From Camelus dromedarius (lineage: Eukaryota): 64,000 nt of DNA. Numbering within the stretch: position 1 is the stretch's first letter; every line of letters begins with the position of its first letter. The position numbers and the translations under genes were made by a program. The stretch spans positions 32,552,001 through 32,616,000 of the forward strand of contig NC_087437.1 of the NCBI RefSeq assembly GCF_036321535.1, written 5' to 3'. The notes below the pieces were generated by a model. The model was not told where the DNA came from. It saw only the letters and a program-made list of their open reading frames with translations, and did no database searches. Shown one piece after another: positions 52,181-64,000 of the stretch.

Positions 52181-53345
52181 TCTGATTTACCAAAAAAGTC
52201 CATTCTTACATCAATTCATTAATGAATAAAAAGTGTATGAGATATGTTCATCCAATTCATACTATAGTGAGCTCATCTCTAGGTCCACATGATATAACAA
52301 GAACTGAAGAGTCTGCAATTTTCCCTAACATTTTAGTTCCAGAGAGGTTAAACTCCCAATTATCTAGCATTTGTAAAAATTGTGTAGTCAGTCAACTGAG
52401 TGATCCAGGTTCTATGGACAATGAGCAACTAAGAACTGTACTTTATATAGTTCCTGATCCCAAACCTGTAACTGTTTTGTTACAATATTATTTGTGTGTG
52501 CCAGCTTTGGTGTTGTTTGTTTAAGTAAACTGATACCAGATCCTCTGGATTTCATCCTGAAGAGTTCATTCCTTTGTCTTTTTCCTCTGGTCAAATCATT
52601 GGATCTAATTAATTGTGCATGTATGGAAGTGGGTTTCTCCCCAACCCCAATTCACTGCTAGTTTTACAAGTGGTGTAATAATGACCACTGGTCCAGGGAA
52701 ATTTATTATAGAACACATTTCTTCTACATACGCACACATTTCATTAATGCAATTAGTAATTATTCATTTATTTATTATCAATAGTGCCTCAAAGTCAGCG
52801 GAACTTTAATTACTTCCTAATTATCCAGACCCCTATTTTTTTATAAGATGGACTTGAAAAAAGCAGTTCAATAGCTCAGACATTTTACAACTAACATCGA
52901 TTTCTCCTCCCTCCTCATTTATTGACAGGCCATTCTCTCTTGTATTTCTTTTTCCCTGATAAAGTTGTAAATGACTCTGCTTATTCTTTTTAATTCCTTC
53001 AGTTAGCACTAGCTCACTTGGCCTCTTCATTTTCTTTGTCTCTTCTGACTGTACTCATTCTATTGAAATTCTCTTATTTGAAACCTTCCCTGTAATCCAT
53101 TGCCAGTAAATGCTCCTTTGGCCTTTAAACTTTACTGTTTCACATACTATGAATTCTGTGCCCCTCTTCCACAAAATTATGCTGCAGAATAATCATCCAC
53201 ACCTCATACCAACATAGACTATTTTTTAATTGTCCCTTTTTTCTTTTTAAGCTTTAATATACCTAAAAGTTGCAGATACTCTATCACTTATACTTCCATA
53301 GGGAGAAAAAAAATGTATTTGTCAATGAATAGCATATGTATTTAC

Positions 53346-53355
53346 CTCCAGTAGC
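53346..53355 (-). other. Candidate 10-nt microexon
   Basis: Minus strand: ctgattgtttcttttttccccag|GCTACTGGAG|gtaaat; could be a chance pairing. Confidence 0.2.
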
Positions 53356-53771
53356 CTGGGGAAAAAAGAAACAATCAGAATAATTCTATAAATAGAGGCT
53401 TCATCAGTTTAATCTCAAAATTTTCACAAACACAGCCATTCTGCCCAAGGTGAGATTCTCTTCGGCTATTTGCTCTGTCCATGGCACAAGACCCTTATTT
53501 ATCCTCCATTCTCATTCCAGGCATGTGCTTCAAACTATGAGTAATCTCTGCCCAGTGAAATGGAAAGGAAGATAACCTTTCCACTGAAATAGCAGAGAAC
53601 ATTTCTTTACTAACATTTATACTTTGGGTGATAATTTTTTGGAATAATCATTCCTCTCTTCCGAAAGTGTCCTTTATCCTTCTTCTAAGCTTCCTAAAAC
53701 TATTAAAGACATAAACAAAAGGATTTTAATTTTAAACTTAGCCCATGGCATGAGATATCACGAAGTATGGT

Positions 53772-54278
53772 ATTGTTTTAATTTCCTACTGCTGCTTTAA
53801 TAAGTTACCGTAAGCTTTGTGTTTTAAAGCAACACAAGTTTATTATACAGTTCTGGAGGTTAGAAGTCTGAAATGGGTCTCACTGGGCTAAAACCAAGAT
53901 GGCATCAGGGCTGCATTCCTTCTGGAGGCTCTAGATGAGAAAGACTTTGTTTCTAGAAGTCTCCTCTAGAAACAAAGTCTTTACCTCCTCCAGCATCTAG
54001 AAGCTGCCTTCAGTTTTGGCTTCTGGCCATCTTCCATCTGCAAAGCAAGCGGTGGAGGATGGGTCTTTCTCAGCCTGCATTACTGATACTGACTCACCTG
54101 CTTCCATCTTTCACCTATAAGAACCCCCAGGCCCACCTGGATAATCCGGAATACTCTCCTCATCTCCAAGTCAGCTGATTAGCAATCTTAATTCCTCCTT
54201 GCCATGTAACAACATACTCACAGGCTTTGGGGGTTAAGATATGGACATTTTGGGTGGGCTATTTTTCTCCCTATCACA
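53772..54278 (-). mobile_element. MaLR solo LTR (MLT1C/D-like)
   Basis: CAGTTCTGGAGGTTAGAAGTCTGAAATGGGTCTCACTGGGCTAAAA..GCCCACCTGGATAATCC..TCCCTATCACA. Confidence 0.85.
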
Positions 54279-54304
54279 ATACTGTGAATGAATTTGGTTA
54301 TGTT

Positions 54305-54590
54305 ATTTAAAAAAGAAGGATTTGCATTTTCAAATGAATGTTATCCCCTTCAAAGGCAACATTTGGGGAGATCTCACACTTATTCTAATCACACTACAAA
54401 TGTTAGAGGAATTCCTTTCTGGGTGCTGTCTTCAAGCTCAACAGAACATTCTTAGAATATCCACAATCATAGCAAGTTTTTATGCATTTAAATATTAACT
54501 TGTGAAAATAGCCAAAAGTCATAGGAAAGCAAATGTATGACTCTGGAAAATAATCAAATGAGAAAGTATTACTTTTTCACAAGATGAAAC
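54305..54590. mobile_element. MARNA-like mariner relic
   Basis: TTCAAATGAATGTTATCCCCTTCAAAG..CACTTATTC..ACATTCTTAGAATATCC..AGCCAAAAGTCAT. Confidence 0.65.
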
Positions 54591-54689
54591 AAATGAAATA
54601 ATGATTAGTTATTCCAGTCGACTAATTTTTCTATAGATAATAAAATAGTATTATATTATTATTATTATATTATGATAATAATATAACAT

Positions 54690-54900
54690 CATAAAAAATA
54701 AATAGCTATCTGAGCACTCACTAGGTACTGTTCTAGGAGCTTGACATGAATTACCGTAACAGCCCTGAGAGGTAGGTATTATTATTAACCCCATTTTACA
54801 GATGACTTTAACTGAAGACCAGAGAGTTTAAATTACTTCTTTAAGGTTACCAGGCTAGGAAGTAGCAGAGCTGGGATTCCAATACAAGTAATCTTAATGC
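54690..54900 (-). mobile_element. MIR SINE
   Basis: CCCTGAGAGGTAGGTATTATTATTAACCCCATTTTACAGATGA..GTAGCAGAGCTGGGATTC. Confidence 0.85.
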
Positions 54901-55828
54901 TGTCACAAGCACCAATTCCATGTAATTCTTTTATCTTTATGCTTAATTCTCCATCCACATCTCCTATTTATTTCAGTGGGAAAACAATCTGCTGAAAAGC
55001 AGGAATATTATTAGGTATAATACTAAAAATAATAAAAAGCAAAAAAGTCAGATGACATACTAATTTGGTTTGTGCTTTATTACATTTAATTTTAAAACAG
55101 CATTATAACCACAAAATTAGAAATGAGACAAAGACCAAGAGATGACTCCAAGCAGATTCTTAAAAACATTCATCTAAAAAATGCAATGCCTCAGATTTTC
55201 TTCCCACTGTTTCTGGGAGTAGACATTAAGTACTTTAAAATTTAAAATGCTACTCTGCCATAGAAAGATCATCTCTAGCTGTCATGTTTATTGACAAGCA
55301 GGGGGAGGTGGAGCTTTCAGTCGTGGAGATAAGTCAGAAAAACACTGGTATCCACACTGTGATATCTCAGTATCAGAGAAAAGGCTGAAAGAAGCCAAAC
55401 CAGTCTGGCAGGCAAATTAACTTCTCTGAGGCTCCTACCTGGGCAGCAGCATCAAGAAGCCACTGAGGCAACTTCAGCCTGGAGGACACATAATACCAAA
55501 AGCAGACATATTTAGTCACTCTTTATCCCTATTAAAATAAATGTGTAAAGTCAAATTTACATCTATAAAAATTCATCCAGTCACCCTATCCTTTAAGATC
55601 ACAATAAGGGAAACTCAACCCACACTCAGTGACTTGTAGAAATCCATGTTCTCCCTGGATTTCTGCAAATTCCCAGAATCGTTTTGTCATGAGCATCTTT
55701 GGTGTTCAGCTCCCTCCTCTGCTCAGTTAGTTCAGTTTAAGGATCATTTTGCCTTTCCAGGCCAAAGTTCTTTCCCACACTGCATCAACCCAGGCATAGA
55801 TCTCAGTCCCTTTCCATAACTGAAACAA

Positions 55829-55884
<56 letters not shown>
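55829..55884. repeat. Interrupted (AC)n microsatellite
   Basis: AC run with a single interruption. Confidence 0.95.
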
Positions 55885-55887
<3 letters not shown>

Positions 55888-58800
55888 GACACTCACTCCT
55901 ATCAGCATGGCATCTGTGCTGGCATGTCTGGGATTACTCAAAAAGACTACATCACACAACAAACTTACATTTCATATTAGAAATCTCCATTCATAAAAGT
56001 CTTTCATGTTCTTTATGTCTCTTCTAGCTTTCTCACATCTTCCCTCCTATGTTAGCCCAATAAGGAGAAAAAAAAAAGAAAAGAAAAACGTGTGTGTGTG
56101 TGTGTGCAGACACATATATATATACTCACACATACATACATACATACACAGACACATACACACATTCCTGCCACTTTCTTGTAAATAGTAATTTATCTTC
56201 CTCAATATCTGAGTTCCCCTGGAGTAACCAAAGTCCAGAACTCTATTACCATTGTAGAAGTCCTGATGAAGTTCCTAGACAAAGATCATCTCCTCCATTG
56301 GGATGGAATGGGAGGTTCTATTTACATTCAAGGAAGCTGATAAAGTAGTAACAGAAGTTATTATCAACTACACAATTTCAACTCCCATCTTGAGTATGTA
56401 ACCAAGCTGTGCCATATCCAAACTGCCTCTGGGAATTGCTGTTTTGCTTTCCAATTCCACAGATACTTCCCAGAACCAAATGTGCAGTACCTGGACTATC
56501 AACAACCTCCACGGACCCCATCATCTCCTCATCCAACCCAGAAACTACTGTTTGAATCACCTTCACAAAGATTTGTTTTGTAACCTCATTCTTTGGTTTA
56601 AGAACACAGAAGTCCCCTATTTTCAAACAGATTTTTTTCACATGTGAACTAACATTCATTTGACCATTTAATCAACCTCAACCTTTCTTACTCTCCTATG
56701 CAAATCCACCTCTGGGAAGGCAAATGTATTTTCAAACTCCAATGAATATGATTTATTTAGCCTCAAACGCATATTTGTTTTTACTTGCATGTCAGTTTCA
56801 GTACCTGAATATTCCTTCTCCCTCTTCATCAACACATTGGCACTTCAAGAATGAGGTCAAATTTCCTCTCCTATAGGATGTTGTCTCTGATTGACACCAC
56901 CTAACTGAGACCGCTGCTCTGCCCTCAGCCCCTTAATCAGGTAAGGACTCTGTCATCTACAAACATTAATCTAACCAAAATAGCTAAAATTCTTTAAGCA
57001 CTCATTGTATGCTATTGCACTTTGCATGAGCACTTTGCATGTTCGTTTAAATCTCAAACACAAGAAAAACTTAAACAAGAAAACTGATGCTTAAAGAGAT
57101 TAAACAGTTGTCCAAATCCACCTAGCTGGAACATGGCAGAACAAGGTTTTGATCTTGGGCTGTCTGAGTTCATCACCTATGCCTTAACCACAGTACTATA
57201 AAACTTCCAAGACGCTTATGTTATTCAATAACAGAGTCATATTGTCTAATCTGTTAATCCAACTAGACCATGAGCTATTGAAGGTAATACATGGTTTATT
57301 TTACCCTATTTATTTATGTTCCTTACCTTTTTTTTTTTTTCAAACTTAAAAATAGAGGTTGGGGGAGGCAATCAAAGAGGAATGATATAATATTTATTCT
57401 TCTCATAAGTGAAATTTGGCTATTCTTGTGGCCAGTCTAACTGTATCAGCCATCCTTCAGTAAAACTGATTTCAGGAGTTATCAATAATCACTTAAGGGT
57501 GATAGATTTATACCTAAAATTGCTACAACTTGGATTCCTGAAGTCCTCATCAGTCAGAATTGTTAAAAATCAAAATCAAATCCTTTCCAGACAACATAGG
57601 AATATCATCTGCTCTATTCCCTTATTTTCAAGGAATAAAAAATAATAAATATAGCATTTCTGTTAAATCAAATTTCTTGAAAAAAATTGAAGAAAAATAG
57701 ATATTTCTAAAGTAAAATATGTAAAAAAAAAAACAGTATTTGTTTGCTAAAATCTTAGGAGGAAGTAATCCATCTTCCCTCCTAGAACAAAATTAAGAGT
57801 ACATAACAACCTTCTTGATGATATACCTGAGTAACCATTGCCAGAATTTATTTATAAAGGCTCAAATATTCTATTTCTTGTGACCATTAGTCTTATTAAG
57901 CCTCCAGATGTTGAATAAACTAGCAGGAATAAAATTAACCAAAGAACACAAAATCATATTTCTTCCTCAAAATTGTAATGGAAAATCTGTGAAAGGGATG
58001 GAATAAACATGTAGTTCAGGATTTATTTTATAATCACTGCCCCTCCAAAGCTCACTTCCACTAAAGAAAATCTTAAAACCCTCTGTAGAAAATGGATATT
58101 TGAGAGATGTAGATTTTTATTCTGCCTAGTCTTACTGGTTACATAATGATACCTACATTCATTTTCAACTACCAACTAGCAGAGCTAGGTTTGGGGATTT
58201 ACACTGATGAATTTATAATCCCCCCACCTGGCAATTAATCTACTCAGAAAATACAAAATAAATTTTATATTTCTCTTTGTTAAAGAACACAAAGAAATGA
58301 ACAATTATGTAATATGTTCTAAAGTATTCTGCAAATTTTTGTCAAAATATACATTACTTTGGGTTATCCATTTTTCAGTTCTCTTCTATAAGCAGAAAAC
58401 AGAAGTGGTATATTTGGATATGCATTTTTTTTTTACAAAACTGGGTATAATAAAATGAACTGAATACTTTCATAGGAATTATATTTATTTTAGATTAATG
58501 TTTTTTAGACTAATGTAGAAGCTGACTTATACACTTAAAATTATAAAAACATTTTTACTACTAGACCTTCTTGACCCATTTAAAGACTTATAGGATTTAC
58601 GTCAGTTTTATGTACCTAGAGGTTTTTGCATACTTCATTATGAAAATAGAATTTAAAGATAAAGACCAACCCTTGATAATGTTGACAAAAATCACTTAAA
58701 TGGATAGAATAGCCATTGAGACTTTGGATTGCATTAAACCCATACAGAAAAGACAGCATTATTAACTCTCAAAATGCTCATACATTAAAAAATATTTAAC

Positions 58801-61499
58801 CTTATGTAAATATGATAAGGACTATCCAATTCATTTCAGGGTGACTTGAGCAGAAGGCCAATCAACAGGCGGGAGGGAAAGAGAGCATATTGATCCAAAT
58901 AAGCATTTGGTCACAGAGAAGGAGGAAGACGAAGAGGAGGAAGAGAAAAAGGAGGAGGGGTGGAGGAAAAGGAGGAGGGGATGAGGAGTAAGGGGAGGGG
59001 GAGGAGGCAGGCAGCTAATGCTTCTTCAGCACATCTGATTTGCCAGATATTACTCCAGCTATCTTTGATATAAATTACTGCATTTAAGCCTCATGAGCCC
59101 CATGAAGTAGGTAGTAGAATTATCCCCATTATACAGATGAGGAAATTAAATAGTAGCCAGCTTATGTTTACTTTTCCTATTTTTTCTAATTCTTTAGAGC
59201 AAATAGCTTGATTGAGGAGAAGGAGAGAGAAAGATGGCCAGCTGGTAAAGTGGAAAACACCTCCTTTCTAGGGGAAAGAAGTGCTCTTCACACATGTCAT
59301 CTACTTGTGTTTGATACTTGTTTTCTATCCAAGGACTCTTAAACGGAAATAAGTGGGGAAATCTTCCCTTTCTAAGAAAACAGGAATTTCTACACACTAC
59401 AAGGCAGGGCAGCAGTCTGTGCAAAATAAGAAAAAGTGTCTCCTTCTCCTGGAGGAAGAAGCATACAAAGCTAACTCTTCTTAGAACAGGAACTGGAAAA
59501 GCACCCACTCCTGGCGGATCAGGTAGAAAAGCCTATACCTCTGGGTTTGGGTCCCCAGCTTGGCCAGCAGGTGTTCAGCCTCCACCAGCAGTGTTCTTAT
59601 GCAGGACACTAAGTCCTGGGACCAAGTGGGTCGGTTGGTTTTGTTAAAGGCTTCATACTTTAACTCTAACAACCTTGGGAGCCTGGTTTCCTGTCCTCCC
59701 CAGCACTCCTTTGAACCCAAGAGTCAGCAATACCTTTCAGGTCTTGACACATCCTGTTCCTTTGACCAGAATACCTCCTAGGACCTTGTCTACCTGGATA
59801 CTCAACCCAGTTCAAATGTCACTTCTGGGAAGCTTTGCCCAAAGGAAAAGTTAAGAAAGAGAAAGAGAACTCAGACCAGGCAGGACACTGCTGTTGCCTA
59901 AGGTAACATCTGGTAGCCAAGAACAGCAAAAAAAAAAAAATCTTAGTCTGAGTGTCAGGCTGGAAAAGAGTAATGTCTCAGGTTTCATCTCTGTTCTTGC
60001 CTCAATTTACTACAGTTTAAATGGTGAGTAATCCAGTGCCCATGTGCTTCCAATACTTACTCAGTGCTTTCAATATTTACTCACTCTACGTATGTCTCTG
60101 GAATCCCAATTTCCAAATGGGAAAGGTTGGGTTTGGAGTCAGAAAGACCTAAGTCTTGGCCCTTGATAAATTGCCTGAAGCCTCCGTTTCCTCAGCAACA
60201 AAATGATCATAACAATACTTGCCTTAGGAAAGTGTCATAGTGGATACTCTCTAAATGTTGGTCCTTCTCATTCCCTTAAACAATATGAAAGATACACTTA
60301 CTTTTCCTTGACCCTGCTAATCTATAAACGTCTAGGGCCAAAACCATGTCTCATTTATATAGATGCTCTTTGTAATTTTTTTCTCACCTCACTCCCACCC
60401 CATCACAAAACCTTACATATAAATATTTGCTCAATAAATATTTGATAAATGCATACAAAGAAGACATATAGTACCTGCCCTTAAGACCTTTACAATGTAT
60501 AGGAGAGATACCAAAATTTCCCATAAAAGCTGTAGTACACAACAAAGACAGATATACTAAGTATGATGGAAGTTATTCCTCTCCTCATCTCTGATACTAA
60601 TTCATAATGCATATTTAAAGAGTATATGTCTTTAAAAAGAGAGAATGTGTTAAGTAGAAGGCACTATATGTAGTTGGAGCTATGGGGGGGGATGAGGACA
60701 AAAATAAAGGGCAGCGTCTGCCTTCAAGCCTAAACGGGAACAAGAGACACATGCCTCGATAACTGTGTCAGTGTGGACTGTCATAATTGCTATAGGAAGA
60801 ATCAAGGCAAAACTCCAGGGCTGTAGGGAAGGGAGCAGTGTGGGAAGACAAGCCTGTGGTTTTCTTTGCCCTCTTGAATAGCTGGTGAGGCAAGAGAACA
60901 CTGTAAATGCTCTAGCAAGCATAAAGCTAAGGAAGCTTGAGCCAAAGATACTGGCTTTATTATTCTGATGGTGAATACATATTGTATTGCAAAACAAAAA
61001 AGACTGGAAGCTAACACCAAAATGCTAATAGATGTGAATTCAGTGTGATCACTCAGTGTGATAATTTTTTTCTAGACTCAGGTATTTTTTTTCTTCTTTT
61101 CTGTATTTATTTATTTGCCATGAATTAGTTGTTGATTCTATAATTAGAAGATTTAAAAAATAGCCTTTCCTGTTTATCTAATGTTCTTTCTGATTACATG
61201 CTACCAAGTAATCATATAAACGACCAAGCTACCTTTAATATGCTTATCTTTGGCTTTTAAACATAAGGATTTGTGTGGTTAACTGACATCCATATCCTTG
61301 TTTCTCTTGGAATCATTTAAAATAGTATATTTCTCAAATTTGGGTAATATGTTCATTATATGTGTTACCTACAAAAATCCAAGATCTGTGCCCTTCTAAG
61401 CTAGTTTATTCAATTATCTAGCCAAAAAGATTAAAGCTAAGATGATTATCCCCACTGTTTTTAAGTATGATAATGTATGTTACTAAGAATGTGAAGGAA

Positions 61500-62020
61500 G
61501 ACATGGAAGCAATTTAAATGTCTATCTACAGATCAGAGATAAGGAATACCACTCAGCCATTAAAAAGAATGAAATAATGCCATTTGCAGCAACATGGATG
61601 AACCTAGTGGTTATATAAGTGAAGTAAGCCAGACAGAGAAAGACGAATACCGTATGATATAACTTTAATGTGAAATCTAAAAAAAAAGATACAAATAAAC
61701 TTATTTACAAAATAGAAAACAGACTCACAGACACAGAAAACAAACTTATGATTATCAAAGGGAAAAGGAGGGGAGGGATAAATTAGAAATTTGAAATTAA
61801 CATATACACACTACTATACATAAAATAGATAAAAAAAAAAAAAGGACCCACTGTATAGCACAGGGAACTATATTCAATATCTTGTAATAACCTATAATGG
61901 AAAAGAATCTGAAAAAGTATTTATATATATATATGTATAACTGAATCTCTTTGCTGTACACCTGAAATACTGTTAAGTGACTATACTTCAACTTTTAAAA
62001 ATTCAAAAAAAAGAAGAAAA
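61500..62020 (+). mobile_element. 5'-truncated L1 (ORF2 end and 3'UTR)
   Basis: AAAAAGAATGAAATAATGCCATTTGCAGCAACATGGATG..CTATACTTCAA plus A tail; perfect 12-bp TSD AATGTGAAGGAA at 61488-61499 and 62021-62032. Confidence 0.92.
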
Positions 62021-62479
62021 AATGTGAAGGAATTAGAATTCCCATGCTATCATGAAATGACTTCTAAAATTGAAAATGTATATAGCTTGTGGCCCAGAAA
62101 TTTTATTTCTATGTATTACACCCAAGAAGATATGTACAAGGAATTTATTGCAGCATTATTTATAATAGCAAAAACCAGAACCAATCTAAATGTCTATAAA
62201 ATGAGAATTGAATAAATAAAATATAGTATTTGGTGACTGTATTATGGTAAAAAATATAGTATTTGATGATTGTATAGTATAGTAAAATATAGTATTTGAT
62301 TGAGTCCATCTGTGATGGGATACTATACAACTGCTAAGAAGAATGGACAAGTTCTACCTAATATCTGTATGATTGAATCTCAAAACATAATGTTAAGTGC
62401 AAAAAGCAAATTGCAGAAAGAGAAATACAGTGCTCCATTTATGTACACTTAAAAAGTATACAAACCAATACTTACAGAC

Positions 62480-62772
62480 TTGTGCTGTCATCCAATAGAG
62501 ACACGTGGTTATAGAACATGTGAAACATAGAAAGTGTGACGAAGAAACTAAATTTTCAATTTAATGTATTTAATTAATTTAATTAAAACTGAAGCAATAT
62601 AAAATGTTTTTCCATTAAGCATTGTTTTAATGATACTACATTTCACTTTATCTATTATATAAAATATTATTGTATAGTTGTGCATGAGTACTTTTTATTT
62701 TTAAGTGTAGCTATTAGAAAAGTTCAAATTATACATGTGGTTTGCATTATATTTCTCTAAGATAGTATTGCT
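62480..62772. mobile_element. hAT-Charlie element (MER33/Charlie5-like)
   Basis: GTGCTGTC..CACGTGGTTAT..GAAACTAAATTTTCAATTT..GCTATTAGAAAAGTTCAAATTATACATGTGGTTTGCATTATATTTCT. Confidence 0.65.
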
Positions 62773-62813
62773 ATAGATTCTTCATAAGTAAATAAGTATA
62801 TTTAAAACCATTT

Positions 62814-62947
62814 CTGTTTGTTTGTTTGTTGGGGCAAGGTAATTAGGTTTGTTTCTTTTTTTCTTTTTAGAGGAGATACTGGGGATTAAACTCACAACCT
62901 CATACATGCTGAGCACACACTCTACCACTTGAGCTATCTCCGTCCCC
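62814..62947 (-). mobile_element. tRNA-derived SINE, camelid Vic-1 type
   Basis: GGTAATTAGGTTT..ACTGGGGATTAAAC..CATGCTGAGCACACACTCTACCACTTGAGCTAT; degenerate TSD TAAAACCATTT / TAAAGCTATTT. Confidence 0.85.
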
Positions 62948-63727
62948 TAAAGCTATTTTTGAAATAGACTGAAAAGACCTATACTAAATTCATGATATTG
63001 GCTGCTTCTGGTCAGTGAGGGAGGAAAGAATGGGAACAGATACGAGAATTAAAATTAAAGGAAATTCCACTTTCTGTGGTTTTGTTTCCTTTATTCAAAA
63101 CTGATAAAGCAAAGGAGTAGATGAAACAAATATAGCAAAATTTGGGGTTACATGGACATACATGTACAAAAATTCATGAATTTGTGCACTTAAGATTGTG
63201 TGCTTCTCTGTAAGTTATCCTTCAATGAGAAAGTTAAAAAAAATAAATTTGCTATTTAGGGTCCTTGCATCTATGTTCATAGGCAAAAGAGTCTATAACT
63301 TTCTTCTGTTATCTTGCCTGGTTTTAGCACTGAGATTACACAAGCCTCAGAACACAAGCTTGACATCTTTCACCCTTTAAGTGTTTTTTGAACCGTGGAA
63401 GAATCTCACAGAGGAACAATTAAATAAAACATGAGTGCATGTTGAATAACACAAAGCTCTGAAACATATAAGGAACCATTCTCTTATCATTACCATTGCA
63501 TTTCAATTCTTCTCTTATATACAAACTGTTTACTTCACAGTGGAAATCATTTCTGTTTGGCTTCAACAAGGACAACCCTGAAGATTCCAAATTAGTTTTG
63601 TTTGGAAAAAGAGAGCAAGAAGAGCAGGGTTTGTGGATGTGAATATCAAATATAGATCATCGTAGTTAACACAGAGATATGAATCAAGTTCTAAGTATGA
63701 TTTGGATAAAAATAAATGAGCACTCAC

Positions 63728-63745
63728 TTGTACTTGACTCTTAGC
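63728..63745 (-). CDS. Candidate 18-nt frame-preserving microexon of an unidentified host gene (AKSQVQ or xLRVKYx)
   Basis: Minus strand: ttaatattccctttcag|GCTAAGAGTCAAGTACAA|gtgagt; strong acceptor and donor, length a multiple of 3, non-repetitive flanks. Confidence 0.45.
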
Positions 63746-64000
63746 CTGAAAGGGAATATTAAATAAGTTATGTTATGTTCCATTTCAATTTTTCTTAATT
63801 GTGGCACATTTGCTGCTCTCCAAATTGCCTTTAATATGAAAGATGAAATCATTTCAAAATACTTGTATTGAACACTGAAATGATGATATAGATGCCTTGC
63901 TTTAATAATTCTGGTATATTTTCCTAAGTCCTAAAAAAATAAAATGTGGTGGTTAAATATAATTATAACGAGTGAACAAATCACCACATTTTTATAAAAT

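Larger units (their letters stand above)
62040..63245 (+). mobile_element. Old L1ME-like 3' end fragmented by younger insertions
   Basis: ATGTACAAGGAATTTATTGCAGCATTATTTATAATAGCAAAA..GAATCTCAAAACATAATGTTAAGTG..GTAAGTTATCCTTCAAT. Confidence 0.7.

Noticed and set aside
58920..59008. GA-rich tract as an acidic coding exon or G-quadruplex element
   Set aside because: Low-complexity (GAG)n-like expansion beside a MIR, without splice signals
60044..60083. 20-bp tandem duplication (18/20 match)
   Set aside because: Ordinary small local duplication with no further structure

Overview
AT-rich, repeat-dense mammalian genomic DNA, very probably from a camelid (camel, alpaca or llama), because it carries two copies of a tRNA-derived SINE matching the camelid Vic-1 type. 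I recognise no conventional protein-coding gene. The ORF track is explained by chance, microsatellites and decayed L1/L2 coding relics. The window looks like large intron(s) of a gene probably transcribed on the minus strand: most L1 fragments lie on + and a well-formed 18-nt minus-strand microexon candidate sits at 63728-63745. I could not identify the host gene. Contents are ancient repeats (L2, MIR, probable L4, MaLR/ERVL LTRs, hAT MITEs, MARNA), younger L1 3' ends with target-site duplications (TSDs), microsatellites and several enhancer-like non-repetitive blocks. The most notable items are (1) an isolated L1 5'UTR fused to a CpG island with YY1, GC-box, NRF1 and E-box motifs, a candidate lineage-specific intronic promoter at about 39.7-41.4 kb; (2) microexon candidates; (3) a CpG-retaining enhancer-like block at about 9.6-10.1 kb; (4) an L1 with a short 3' transduction; and (5) a perfect 18-bp hairpin inside a decayed LTR. 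Repeat family names come from my recollection of consensus sequences, and boundaries are approximate unless fixed by TSDs. I found no convincing evidence of a wholly new biological system.
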